This document shows positions 27,259-39,031 of a DNA stretch of 64,000 nucleotides, in pieces (the first letter of the stretch is position 1; the number at the start of each line of letters is the position of its first letter). The stretch is taken from NCBI GenBank assembly GCA_934771475.1, contig CAKVMD010000003.1, positions 14,573 through 78,572 on the forward strand, written 5' to 3'. The position numbers and the translations under genes were made by a program. Source of the DNA: an uncultured Clostridia bacterium (GTDB lineage: Bacteria > Bacillota > Clostridia > Christensenellales > UBA1242). Under the pieces are notes generated by a model. It was not told the DNA's origin, did not search any database, and saw only the letters and a program-made list of their open reading frames with translations.

Positions 27259-27525
27259 AATTCCTCCTTGTCTTACATTTCTTACTTTTCATACTTTATT
27301 ATATAAAATAAAATGCCAAATATCAAGCAAAACACGCAACTTAAATATTTTAATAATTTAAATTAGGTAAATTAAGATAAATATTTATAGTTAAATAAAA
27401 AGCATTTCGAAAAGAAACGCTTTTTTTAGATTTTTAAGTGGACAACATTTTTAAGTGGGACTTTTTAATTTTTGCCATTTCTAGCAAAATTGGTTCGGTT
27501 ATGAAAAGCGAAATACGCGCAAGCG

Positions 27526-29091
<1,566 letters not shown>

Positions 29092-29306
29092 AAAATCTCC
29101 AAAACTTTCTACTTCATTATATTGAGAGGAGAATGTTTGTGTTAAACCCAGCCAAGCGAAATGTTTACGATAATAAGGCTAAATGGATTTTGACTAGAAA
29201 ATTAAATATTTTATAGAAATCTTGAAATATTGTTTTGCCAAATTGGGGCTAAATGATGATTATTTTTGAAAATACTGACAAATTTGCGACATTTTTTGAT
29301 AAATTA

Positions 29307-29334
29307 TTGCATAATTTGCTCTTTGTGGTATAAT
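29307..29334 (+). promoter_or_regulatory. TTGCAT-16-TGgTATAAT extended -10 promoter placed for a leaderless transcript
   Basis: The -10 ends 6 nt before the ATG at 29341, with no SD. Confidence 0.45.
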
Positions 29335-29340
29335 AAAAAT

Positions 29341-29748
29341 ATGAAATCATATTCAAAATCAAAATTTAATGTTGGTGATGTTCTCTTTGAATTAAGGTAT
29401 ACGCCTTCAAATAATTATTATACACTAAGGTGCTTAAACAAAAAAGAAGAGATGGGCTATGCAACCTTCAAATTAAATGGGCAAACTGCATGGCTTTATT
29501 ATATCTGTACGCATCCAAAGTTTCAGCATCGGGGAGTTGGTTTTGCACTACTAACCGCAATCGAAAAATTTGCGCTTGACAATGGTGCAAGTAGAATTGA
29601 AGGCAAGTTTTATCCTGAAAATGAATTTGCGAAACTGCTTTATGACAAGGCGGGTTACGCCATTGAAAAGGATGGATACGAAACTTTGATTTGCAAAAAT
29701 ATATATCAAAATGTAAGCGCTCGCGTTCCCGAGTTTGAAAAAGTTTAA
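29341..29748 (+). CDS. GNAT family N-acetyltransferase (small)
   Basis: QHRGVGFALLTAIEKFA acetyl-CoA-binding motif. The internal ATG is preferred over the tracked TTG because of promoter position. Confidence 0.7.
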   Translation: MKSYSKSKFNVGDVLFELRYTPSNNYYTLRCLNKKEEMGYATFKLNGQTAWLYYICTHPKFQHRGVGFALLTAIEKFALDNGASRIEGKFYPENEFAKLLYDKAGYAIEKDGYETLICKNIYQNVSARVPEFEKV

Positions 29749-29770
29749 TAGGCATATTCTGTGAAAATAA

Positions 29771-29829
29771 AAATCCACCGAATTAGAAGCATCCTTATTT
29801 TAGGGCTTCGAAAAAGGTGGGATTTTTTT
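29771..29829 (+). terminator. Long-loop hairpin terminator
   Basis: AAATCCACC ... GGTGGGATTT followed by a T-run. Confidence 0.5.
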
Positions 29830-29926
29830 ATTTGGGCGGGCGAGGGGCTTTACAATCGAAGTTTGTCTGTCTTAATTTTTGCCTTAATTACTGATAAGGT
29901 AGTGGTTTGCGCAGGCCAAAGACATT

Positions 29927-30355
29927 TTAATCTTTATGGCAACAGCAAGCGCCATTTGGACAAAATTTATCTTTATCGTAGGCAATGTTGTGTTTGTCAT
30001 AGTAGTCTTTGACCGCTGCCTTAACCGCTTCTTCGGCTAAAACCGAGCAATGGAGTTTATGCGCTGGAAGCCCGTCAAGTGCTTCGACAACTGCTTTATT
30101 TGTAAGTTCAAGCGCTTTATCTATTGGCTGCCCTTTTATAAGTTCAGTCGCCATTGAACTTGTTGCGATAGCGCTTCCGCAACCGAATGTCATAAATTTT
30201 ACATCTGTTATGATGTTGTTTTCAACTTTTATATACATGCGCATGATATCTCCGCATTTTGCGTTGCCTACTTCGCCAACGCCGTCAGGGTTTTCCATTT
30301 CACCCACATTGCGAGGATGACGAAAGTGGTCCATAACTTTTTCACTATATAACAT
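29927..30355 (-). CDS. nifU: Fe-S cluster assembly scaffold (NifU N-terminal / IscU type)
   Basis: GNAKCGD, FGCGSAIATSS and LHCSVLAEEA motifs with the three conserved Cys. Confidence 0.92.
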   Translation of the reverse strand: MLYSEKVMDHFRHPRNVGEMENPDGVGEVGNAKCGDIMRMYIKVENNIITDVKFMTFGCGSAIATSSMATELIKGQPIDKALELTNKAVVEALDGLPAHKLHCSVLAEEAVKAAVKDYYDKHNIAYDKDKFCPNGACCCHKD

Positions 30356-31529
30356 GTTTTTGTTCTCCTTTTTCTAACTTGTCCCAAACGGGGCTGATTT
30401 CTCTTAAATATTTTACAACTTTTTTTGTCGCCGAAATTGTCTTTTCAATTTCGTCTGCGGTGGTGTATTTGCTGAGCGTTAATCTTAAACTTCCATGCGC
30501 TATTTCATGAATAAGCCCAATGGCAAGAAGGACATGGCTAGGGTCGAGTGAACCGCTTGTGCAGGCTGACCCACTAGATGCGCATATTCCCTCATCGTCT
30601 AAGAGGAGCAAAAGACTTTCGCCTTCTATTCCCTCGAAAGACATATTAAAGTTGTTTGGCAATCGTTTTTCTCGGTCGCCATTAATTTTTGAATGAGGAA
30701 TTTGCGAAAGCCCGTCAAATAGTCTATCGCGCAAAATTTTCTCTCTGTTTGCCACCGCATCCATTTCTTTGCAAGCATTTTCAAGTGCAGTTGCCATTGC
30801 CACAATTCCTGCAACATTTTCTGTGCCGGCGCGCCTATTTTTCTCTTGGGCTCCACCTTGAATAAACTTAAAAAGTGGAACGCCTTTCTTGCAATACAAA
30901 GCGCCAACGCCTTTTGGCGCATGGAATTTGTGCCCCGAAAGTGAAAGCATATCAATATTCATTGCTTTTGTGTCAATCTTGATATGTCCTACTGCTTGAA
31001 CTGCATCAGTATGGAAAGTAACATTTCTCTCTCTGCAAATTCTTCCGAGTTCTTCAATAGGTTGTATTGTCCCAATTTCGTTGTTTGCAAACATAATAGT
31101 AACTAGGCAAGTTTCGTTTGTGATTGCTTTTTCAAGGTCGTTAGGATGAACAATTCCATTTTCATAAACGGGGAGGTAGGTGATTGAAAATCCCTCTTTT
31201 TTCTTTTCTTCCAAAGTGTGTAAAATTGCATGATGTTCAAAAGCCGAAGTGATAATATGCATTTTACCCTTCATTTTCCCCATTTTGCAAGCGGTTTCAA
31301 TCGCCCAGTTGTCGCTTTCGCTACCGCCAGAAGTAAAGTATATTTCGTTAGCCTCGGCATTTAAGCATTTTGCAATTTTGGCGCGCGCCTCTTCAAGATA
31401 TTCTTTTGCTCTTTGACCGGCCGAGTGTAAACTGCTTGCATTGCCATAAATTTCATCTAAAAATGGAAGCATTGCTTCTTTGGCCTCGGGTGAAACTTTT
31501 GTAGTGCCAGCGTTGTCAAGATAAATCAT
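30345..31529 (-). CDS. nifS: Cysteine desulfurase (NifS/IscS)
   Basis: MIYLDNAGTT start after AAGGAG, PLP lysine motif SLSGHKFHAPKG, active-site SSGSACTS. Confidence 0.93.
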   Translation of the reverse strand: MIYLDNAGTTKVSPEAKEAMLPFLDEIYGNASSLHSAGQRAKEYLEEARAKIAKCLNAEANEIYFTSGGSESDNWAIETACKMGKMKGKMHIITSAFEHHAILHTLEEKKKEGFSITYLPVYENGIVHPNDLEKAITNETCLVTIMFANNEIGTIQPIEELGRICRERNVTFHTDAVQAVGHIKIDTKAMNIDMLSLSGHKFHAPKGVGALYCKKGVPLFKFIQGGAQEKNRRAGTENVAGIVAMATALENACKEMDAVANREKILRDRLFDGLSQIPHSKINGDREKRLPNNFNMSFEGIEGESLLLLLDDEGICASSGSACTSGSLDPSHVLLAIGLIHEIAHGSLRLTLSKYTTADEIEKTISATKKVVKYLREISPVWDKLEKGEQKHVI

Positions 31530-31681
31530 TTTGTTCTCCTTTATATATCCCACTGATTTGGTATGAATTAATTTTAATTAAAAAGGCAAAATTTTTGACT
31601 TTTGCCATTTTGCTTATTAAACCACGAAAACTTAAATTTTTAAGTGGTTTTTGTGATTTTTTAATGAATTTTACTCTTATT

Positions 31682-32086
31682 TTAGAAAGTTTTATTCAAT
31701 AAATCTTTCAAACTTACGCTTTTAAGATAGTCCGTTATAAGCATTGAGAGTTTGTCCCAACAACCTAAACTATCGCAAATGTTTGCTCTTGGACAACGAG
31801 AGTTGCCATTAAGGCAAGGTGCAAGTTCGGGCAAATCATCGGTCGCTTTTAAAATGTCGGCAACTGAATATTTGTCAGGTGATTTGGTCAATTTGTATCC
31901 GCCTTGCGCACCTCTTGTGCTTTCTACAAGTTTTGCCCTTGTTAAAATAGACAAAATTTTTTCAAGATACTTAACTGTTATTCCTTGACTGGCTGAAAGA
32001 TATGCGACTGACAAGTTTTCATCTTCATGCCTTGCAAGTTCAGCCATAACTCTTACAGCGTATCTGCCTTTGGAAGAAATTTTCAT
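31682..32086 (-). CDS. Rrf2 family transcriptional regulator (IscR/CymR-like)
   Basis: MKISSKGRYAVRVMAELA wHTH N-terminus and a C-terminal Cys cluster (CLNGNSRCPRANIC). Confidence 0.9.
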   Translation of the reverse strand: MKISSKGRYAVRVMAELARHEDENLSVAYLSASQGITVKYLEKILSILTRAKLVESTRGAQGGYKLTKSPDKYSVADILKATDDLPELAPCLNGNSRCPRANICDSLGCWDKLSMLITDYLKSVSLKDLLNKTF

Positions 32087-32275
32087 AATCCCTCTCTTTA
32101 AACTAAATCATACCTAAATGGTATGGAATGATTATATCAATAAATATCTATTTTGTCAACTGTCTCTTTGAAATTTTCAAAAAAAATTATAATTTTGTGA
32201 TAAATCTATTTCAAAAAGGTGATTTTATGGTAAAAATATGCTAAAATATCTAAACGAAAAATGTTTGGAGGCAAA

Positions 32276-32749
32276 ATGAAAAGATTAAATTCTATAATAA
32301 ATAAATATTTGCTTTGGTCAATTATTTTAACCATTGGCTTTCCTTGCGGAGTTGTTGGGATAATCATGGGAGCGACAAAGGGGATGTCGTGGCTGTTGGG
32401 TATTGGGATAGCGCTTGTTGTGGTAGGCTTCTATGGAGCGCCTATGCTTTGGGTTAAATTTGGTGAATACAAAACGATGAAGTCGACTATGAGCGCAATC
32501 GAAAATGACAATATTTACACGGTCGGTGAAATTTGTGAGCAAACCAATAAAAATAACGCGACTGTTGTTGCAGAAATCAACAAACTTATCGAGAAAAGAT
32601 GTCTTGTTGGGTTTTTGTTTAAAAATAAAGATCATTTGGAGGCAAACAATAAGCGTAAGGCGGGGAAACAGGTTAAATGTCCAAACTGTGGCGCACTAAT
32701 GGAAACTGGGATTGAAAATGGTTGTCCATATTGTGGATACAAAAATTAA
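32276..32749 (+). CDS. Hypothetical membrane protein with a C-terminal zinc ribbon
   Basis: GGAGG RBS, two TM helices, and CPNCG...CPYCG at the C-terminus. Confidence 0.6.
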   Translation: MKRLNSIINKYLLWSIILTIGFPCGVVGIIMGATKGMSWLLGIGIALVVVGFYGAPMLWVKFGEYKTMKSTMSAIENDNIYTVGEICEQTNKNNATVVAEINKLIEKRCLVGFLFKNKDHLEANNKRKAGKQVKCPNCGALMETGIENGCPYCGYKN

Positions 32750-32930
32750 GTATAGGGGTTTTAATTTAAGCATAACTGGAGTTTTCATGCTAGAAGTCGC
32801 ATACTGCCATATTGCTCTTTCAACCTAGAAACGCAAACGGGGAAATAAGCGGGAAAGACTAACATAAATTTTCGCTTTGTCCAGCACAAGAATAAAAAGT
32901 GTAACGATGCGGAACCAATTAACGAAAAGA

Positions 32931-32977
32931 AAAAAGACTTGTGAATTTGTATATAACAGATTTACAAGTCTTTTTTA
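32931..32977. terminator. Bidirectional terminator between convergent genes
   Basis: AAGACTTGTGAATTTG / CAGATTTACAAGTCTT flanked by an A-run and a T-run. Confidence 0.7.
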
Positions 32978-33036
32978 TATGATTAATAAGTTTTACTCAG
33001 AGAGGTCTTTTAAATAATTGAAAAAGTCAAGAAAAG

Positions 33037-34617
33037 TTATTTTTCTATGTTTTCGTTTTCTATGCTTTGCTCCTCAGCGCTTTTAGTGTCAATTTGCTGA
33101 GCGTCAGCAACTTCAAATTCGCTTTCGCCAGAATTGTTTTCTTGAATTTGATTTAAACTGTTGCCCTCGGATTGAAGTGTTAAAGTTCCATTTGCCAAAG
33201 CGCGTTTATTAACAATTTTATCTTTAACTTTGTAGATTAACTGTATTGCATAGTACATCAAAATCACAACAGCGGTGAAGATTATATAAACAAGAAGTTG
33301 TAAAACAGGATAGAAAGTTGCATAACCAATCTTAAAATTGATGTCAAAGAGTTTGCCTATTCCTGAAATTGCGTCCTCGGCATCACTTTTTGAAAACATA
33401 AACATCCAGTTTGCTTCAAAGATTGATTTGCCAGTTGAAAGAGCAATCGCGTTAAACATAGTGCCAAGCGCCCAGACAGAAACAAAGTAAATAGAGAAAA
33501 GTACGACACAATCTTTGAGCGCTTTTTTATCAAGGCGAGGGAATAGCCCAAACGCCAGCGCAAGAACTGGGACAACCAAGACATTGGTGTGTTCAAAAAT
33601 GAAGTGCATATTGTATAGATAGAAAAATCCTTTACCATCAAGGTCTGGCATGGCAAGAGCAAACAGCGCGCCGACCACATTGATTATTACTGTGAAGTTA
33701 AAGATAGTGCGGTTTTTGGTGATTAACGAAATAAGAATGAAAAATGCGCCGATATTGCATAGTTGTAAAGGCAAGCGTTTAATGTTTAGCGAAATTGCTG
33801 AGAACATTTGACAATATTGCATTAAAAGTGAAATCGATAGTATAAAAAGAAGTACCCATTTGGTTTCAGTGTCTTTTTTCTTGAATGCATAGTATAGTCC
33901 CACGCACAGTCCAATTACGACAGCAACCCACAAAAAGTGAACAAGCCCATATTCTTTAAAGATAAGGTTTGAATATCCAAATAAGTATTGAGGAACATAG
34001 ATTGGAGTTGTGGCAATTATAAGCAAAGGTAAAACAAGGAAAAATTTCCCCCATTCTTTTTTGTCTTTTACATTAAACAGATGTTTTTCGTTTAATGCTA
34101 AAACCACAGGTAAAGATAATTGTAATAGCATTTCAATGGCAAAGTATGTGCCTCTAAACCCTTCGTTTAAAAGAAAGTTTTTAAAGCCAGTTGAAATTGG
34201 AAGCGAGTTAAGCCCTCTTCCGTCAACCGAAGTTAGCCATGACATATAATCTCCATAGCAGGCGATTTGGACAATAGTCATGATAACGGAATAATAAATC
34301 GCGACATTGCGGATGGTTCTATTTTTAAAGAAAATTGCAACCGGCAAAACGACAAAAGATAACGCGCTTAAAAGTCTTAAAACTGCATGACCTTGAAATT
34401 TCCCGCTTCCTAAAAATTCCTGTGATTGGCTTATCGCAAAACCGTCAGGCAAAAGCAGTCCCAAAATCATCATGCACGAGTAAACAACGACGAGAATTTT
34501 GATTACTTTTTGAGTGATTGCGGTGAATTTTTCGTTATCCTTAAAAACTTTGAATTTCAAGATAGCAAAAACAGAGATAATTATCGCAAAAAGCAGAGGT
34601 AAAAAGATGTAAAACAT
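33037..34617 (-). CDS. Polytopic integral membrane protein (about 14 TM) with an acidic C-terminal tail; function unknown
   Basis: Hydrophobic segments throughout. AAGGAG RBS. Confidence 0.7.
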   Translation of the reverse strand: MFYIFLPLLFAIIISVFAILKFKVFKDNEKFTAITQKVIKILVVVYSCMMILGLLLPDGFAISQSQEFLGSGKFQGHAVLRLLSALSFVVLPVAIFFKNRTIRNVAIYYSVIMTIVQIACYGDYMSWLTSVDGRGLNSLPISTGFKNFLLNEGFRGTYFAIEMLLQLSLPVVLALNEKHLFNVKDKKEWGKFFLVLPLLIIATTPIYVPQYLFGYSNLIFKEYGLVHFLWVAVVIGLCVGLYYAFKKKDTETKWVLLFILSISLLMQYCQMFSAISLNIKRLPLQLCNIGAFFILISLITKNRTIFNFTVIINVVGALFALAMPDLDGKGFFYLYNMHFIFEHTNVLVVPVLALAFGLFPRLDKKALKDCVVLFSIYFVSVWALGTMFNAIALSTGKSIFEANWMFMFSKSDAEDAISGIGKLFDINFKIGYATFYPVLQLLVYIIFTAVVILMYYAIQLIYKVKDKIVNKRALANGTLTLQSEGNSLNQIQENNSGESEFEVADAQQIDTKSAEEQSIENENIEK

Positions 34618-34891
34618 GAGTTCTCCTTTGTAAAATAAATTAAATTCTAAATAAATAGGTTTGCAATTTTAAATTTTTGCATTTTAACCTGGCTAAAAGC
34701 ATTGTATCATAGATTTTCCAAATATCAAACCCTTTTTTAGAAGTTTTGCTTTACAGGGCTCCTGTTTTTAAAATTTAGCCCTAGTTGAAGCAATATTAAA
34801 AAAATGTTTGACAGAATTTTTATAAGATGTTATTCTTTTATATATAATAAATCTACTTTTATACAAACTAGTTATAAAACTTGGAGGGCTA

Positions 34892-36928
34892 ATGAAAAGG
34901 TTAAGATTGACATTAATTTGGGCACTTGTTTTGGGGGTTCTCGGATATGCTGCGGGGGTGGCGGTTGCTTACCTTGTTGAACACAGCGAACTCACAGCAA
35001 GTTTCACAAGCCAGTTTGCTCTTATCGGCGCGGGAATTGGTCTGGCTGGCGGACTTGTTTTAGGATTAACAGCAAAAATAAAAGATGATAAAAAGAAAAA
35101 CGACAACACTGGTACTACGACCTCGGGAGAAAAAACAGACATTGCATTTGATTCTAAATTTATGACGGAGGAGTCTTTAAAGGCTAACAAAAATCTTGTT
35201 GCAACCACTTGGGACGAACTTCCTCACATAGACAAAACGGGCTTTGTTTTTAGACATAAGATTAACCATGGCAGGTATGAAATCAACATGAAGCCAGAAA
35301 GCCATGCGCTGGTTATTGGTACTACCGGAACTGGTAAAACACAACTTCTTGCTGACCCATCAATAAGAATACTTGCTCACTCAAAGGAAAAACCTAGCCT
35401 TGTTATGACCGACCCAAAAGGCGAACTTTATGAAGATAACGCTGAGATTTTGAAGCAAGAGGGCTACAAAATTATCGTTTTAAACCTTAACGACCCTTAT
35501 TCTTCTTCAAAATGGAACCCTATGGAAGGGGCGTTCAAACTTTACGAGCGTGCGGGAAAAATTCACCAAGAGGTGAAAAAAATCAGCCATGTAACCCCAG
35601 AATCTTGCGGGTACAAACGCCTAGACAAAGATGTTTTAAATGGCATTGAATATGGCGACACTTGGTACGGCTTTGAAAGAGTTGCTTATCCAACAGTTGA
35701 AATGCTTAAAAATCAAGTGGAAACAACCAAAAGACAAATGGAAAGCGAGGCTAAGGATAAATTGAAAAACATTGCACTCGCCCTTGTTCCAGACAACCCA
35801 CAAGCCAAGGAAAAAACTTGGGACGATGGTAGCCGAGACTTCATTTCAGGTATTATGACAGCGATGCTTGAAGACTCGCGAGACCCAGAACTTGGAATGA
35901 CACTTGACAAATTTAACTTTTTCAACCTTTACCGCATTATGAATGTTCGTGATCCTATTGCGAGCGACAGAGAAAACCCACTCAAAACCCTTTCGGCTTA
36001 TGCTGACGGAAGAGATGAAATTGAGGGGAATGTTAAAGCGCTTATGCAGACCATTTGTGGAGCGCCTCCAACCACTCAAAAATCTTTCCTTTCTACTCTC
36101 GGCGCAAGCGTGGGCAAAATCCTTGGTGATGAAGGTATTTTGTACATGACAAGTGGAACAGATATTGACTTTGAGGACCTTGCAAAACAACCTACTGCAT
36201 TCTTTATAAGAATTCCTGACCATAGAACAGAAAGACACCCACTTGGTGTGCTTTGCATAAGCCAACTTTACACCGCTCTTGTCGATGTTGCAAACAAGAC
36301 GGTCAATCCAAAAAATGGCAAAACAGGTGCTCTTTTAAGACCAGTTTACTTTATCCTTGATGAATTTGGTAATATGCCAGCAGTTCCGGGATTTGGCACA
36401 ATGGTTACAGTTTCGCGTTCAAGAAGAATTTTCTTCGAAATTATCTTGCAATCATACAGCCAACTTGACATTAAGTATGGTCAAGATGAGGCTAAAAACA
36501 TCAAAGGCAACTTCCAAACTGAACTGTTCCTTGGGTGCGAAGATATGAATACTATCCAAGCCTTCTCGGACGCTTGTGGAGAAATCACAGTTTTCCACGA
36601 AGAAGAAAACAAGTCTAGAAATTCTAAACATGACGACCAAGGCGAAACAATCAGCATTTCTACTCAAAGAACTAGACGCCCTCTTATTGACAAGCAAGAA
36701 CTTCGTCAACTTCCACAATGGACAATCGTTGCAAAACTCTTCCGTGAATCTATCATGAAGGATACAATGACGCCATTCTTTGACAACAAGTTCCTTGTTA
36801 AAAATCGTGCGCCTGAAAAAGTAGGATACGCCGAGCCTCTTGATTTCCAAAAAATCTACTATGACATTAAAAAGCGTAACGCTTTAAAACTCAAACAAAC
36901 CTTTCCTTCAAGACCAAGTTTCTTCTAA
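34892..36928 (+). CDS. Type IV secretion coupling protein (TraG/TraD/VirD4 family ATPase)
   Basis: Two N-terminal TM helices, Walker A GTTGTGKT, DPKGELY, and Walker B-like VYFILDEFGNMP. Confidence 0.85.
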   Translation: MKRLRLTLIWALVLGVLGYAAGVAVAYLVEHSELTASFTSQFALIGAGIGLAGGLVLGLTAKIKDDKKKNDNTGTTTSGEKTDIAFDSKFMTEESLKANKNLVATTWDELPHIDKTGFVFRHKINHGRYEINMKPESHALVIGTTGTGKTQLLADPSIRILAHSKEKPSLVMTDPKGELYEDNAEILKQEGYKIIVLNLNDPYSSSKWNPMEGAFKLYERAGKIHQEVKKISHVTPESCGYKRLDKDVLNGIEYGDTWYGFERVAYPTVEMLKNQVETTKRQMESEAKDKLKNIALALVPDNPQAKEKTWDDGSRDFISGIMTAMLEDSRDPELGMTLDKFNFFNLYRIMNVRDPIASDRENPLKTLSAYADGRDEIEGNVKALMQTICGAPPTTQKSFLSTLGASVGKILGDEGILYMTSGTDIDFEDLAKQPTAFFIRIPDHRTERHPLGVLCISQLYTALVDVANKTVNPKNGKTGALLRPVYFILDEFGNMPAVPGFGTMVTVSRSRRIFFEIILQSYSQLDIKYGQDEAKNIKGNFQTELFLGCEDMNTIQAFSDACGEITVFHEEENKSRNSKHDDQGETISISTQRTRRPLIDKQELRQLPQWTIVAKLFRESIMKDTMTPFFDNKFLVKNRAPEKVGYAEPLDFQKIYYDIKKRNALKLKQTFPSRPSFF

Positions 36929-37010
36929 AAGGTAAAAGTTAATTGCGCATTTTATAAATATCGCGGTGATTTTTTAATCGAAATCTTGTAAAACTCAAAA
37001 TAAAATACAA

Positions 37011-37041
37011 AAAGCCAACAGCAAAGTGTTGGCTTTTTTTT
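37011..37041 (+). terminator. Rho-independent terminator
   Basis: GCCAACA-GCAAAG-TGTTGGC followed by T8. Confidence 0.8.
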
Positions 37042-37340
37042 AATAGATTTTAAAATGAAATAGTGCTTATAAGTTTTTAATGAGGTTTAATTGTGTTTTA
37101 ATAAAGTTTGTCTAGAAATCGGGGATAACATATTTTAGATAGAAAACTTTTATCACTTGTTATAATTATTTATGTTATAGGGGTTTGAAGTGCAGGCATT
37201 TTAACTTGGCTTTTTGAATTGTAAGTTATATTATATAAGTTTGAAAAGTTGTCAAAAAGATATTTTTCGAGGGCGTTTTACTAGATAAGGTGAAGCGGAA
37301 AACTTGCCCTTTTGGCGATGTTCTTTTTATACAAAATAAG

Positions 37341-38081
37341 TTATTTCTTTTTTATAAGTTTATAAACCTCTTCGAGTTGCTTTTCATCAGTGCAGAAATT
37401 GCGCACCACGCAGTTAGATTTCATGCTGTAAATTCCGTCTTGTCCAATTATCAAGTCGTCCACCATTTTCACGCCCGCAAACGAGCAAAGGTTGTCAGTG
37501 TTGTTGTCGGTGAAAAGGTCATCGTTTGAAGGCTTGCAACTTCCGTCTGGGTGATTGTGCGCCAAAATGATAGCAGAAACTTTGTATGTCGCAACAAAGA
37601 AAGCAATATCACGGAGTTCAACCTTGACTTGGCTGGAAGAACCGCGGCAAACCATGCGTTGCCCTTTAACGCAACCGTTATTGCCTATCCCAATTAAGTG
37701 AAATTCCTCCTGTGAACGAAATCTTAAAAGGTTGTCAAGATAGTCGTAAATCTCGCCCAAAGTTTGAATTTGACCGCGTTTATTCAATTTGTCGCTGTTA
37801 TATCTATAAAATACGCCTAGTAGCATATTAAGTTTCATTGCTGATTGTCTCCCCATGCCTTTGACCTCCATAAGGTCCTCAACGGGCGCTTCAAGCACGC
37901 AAGGAAGCGTCTTATATCTGTCAAGCAGTCTATGCGATAGTGGGTTCACATCTCCGCGCGGAAAAATATAGCATAAAATGTACTCTAAGGCTTGAACATC
38001 TCCGATATTTTCAATTCCACATTTGTAAACTGTTTCTGTCAGGCGCTCTCTATGCCCAGCATGAATATTATCTTCTGCCAT
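37341..38081 (-). CDS. radC: RadC-like JAB/MPN domain protein
   Basis: N-terminal HRERL...HhH region and the JAMM motif AHNHPDGSCKPSNDD. Confidence 0.9.
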   Translation of the reverse strand: MAEDNIHAGHRERLTETVYKCGIENIGDVQALEYILCYIFPRGDVNPLSHRLLDRYKTLPCVLEAPVEDLMEVKGMGRQSAMKLNMLLGVFYRYNSDKLNKRGQIQTLGEIYDYLDNLLRFRSQEEFHLIGIGNNGCVKGQRMVCRGSSSQVKVELRDIAFFVATYKVSAIILAHNHPDGSCKPSNDDLFTDNNTDNLCSFAGVKMVDDLIIGQDGIYSMKSNCVVRNFCTDEKQLEEVYKLIKKK

Positions 38082-38212
38082 TTTTCATCTCACTTTGAAT
38101 TTAATTGTATCAAATATGAGAATAATATGTCAAATAAATAAAAAGAGGAAATGCTTACTAAAAAATTGGACAAAAATATTTAAAAATGTTAAAATTCGAT
38201 AGAGGAACTAAA

Positions 38213-38782
38213 ATGATTAAAATAAAAGACAAAAAAGACAGCATTTTAAAAATGCGAGAAATGAATTTAAATACCATGCCTTGTGAGGTTTTTACAGCGA
38301 GCGATGGAAAGGGTATTAAAGCATTTTTTGAGCAAAACCCTGCCGAGGAATATATTTTGCGCTCGACTGATAAAGCCCAAGGTGAGTTTTTCTTTGTAAG
38401 AGATTTTGAGGAAGCGAAAGAAAAACTTGAACGATTTGAGGACCATGTTACGGTGGCGGTTTCCTTTCGCCCTTATGCAGAAGATATAATCCTTATTGGG
38501 GATGTTCAGGTGAGCAGAAAAGCGGGTGGGGACGAGGTTGACATAACTGCGACCACTCAAACTGATGGAACTCATCGTGGGGTTTATGAAAATCCCGAAT
38601 TTAATATACACGCTTCTCTTGAAGAGGACAGAGTTTGGCGTATTCCCGGCTTTTCAAAACTCATGAGATATATAAGCGAGCATGAACTTTATGATGTTAT
38701 AGTAGAATTTGCAGTTTATGATATGAAAGTAGGCAAAAATAAAGAAAATGTGCTTATAAGCGAGTTGCGCACAGGGTACTAA
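38213..38782 (+). CDS. Hypothetical protein
   Basis: ORF with an AGAGGA RBS before the ATG at 38213. No motif recognised. Confidence 0.55.
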   Translation: MIKIKDKKDSILKMREMNLNTMPCEVFTASDGKGIKAFFEQNPAEEYILRSTDKAQGEFFFVRDFEEAKEKLERFEDHVTVAVSFRPYAEDIILIGDVQVSRKAGGDEVDITATTQTDGTHRGVYENPEFNIHASLEEDRVWRIPGFSKLMRYISEHELYDVIVEFAVYDMKVGKNKENVLISELRTGY

Positions 38783-39031
38783 GTAGGGGAATTGCTTATT
38801 CAAAAATAGGAAAACAAGCATTATAAATTATATTTCAAATAAAATGCAAATAAGTCTGAGAGTGGGACATATTTTAAGTTTATCTGTTACACAAACTTGT
38901 AGGCTCGCTGGCAAAGGCTTTTAAAAGTTTGCGCGAAAAATTTAACAAAAATTGAAAAAATATCTAATTTCATTTGGATATTTTTTTATTCTGTTCTATA
39001 CTATGAGAGTATTAAAAAAGGAGTTTAATTT

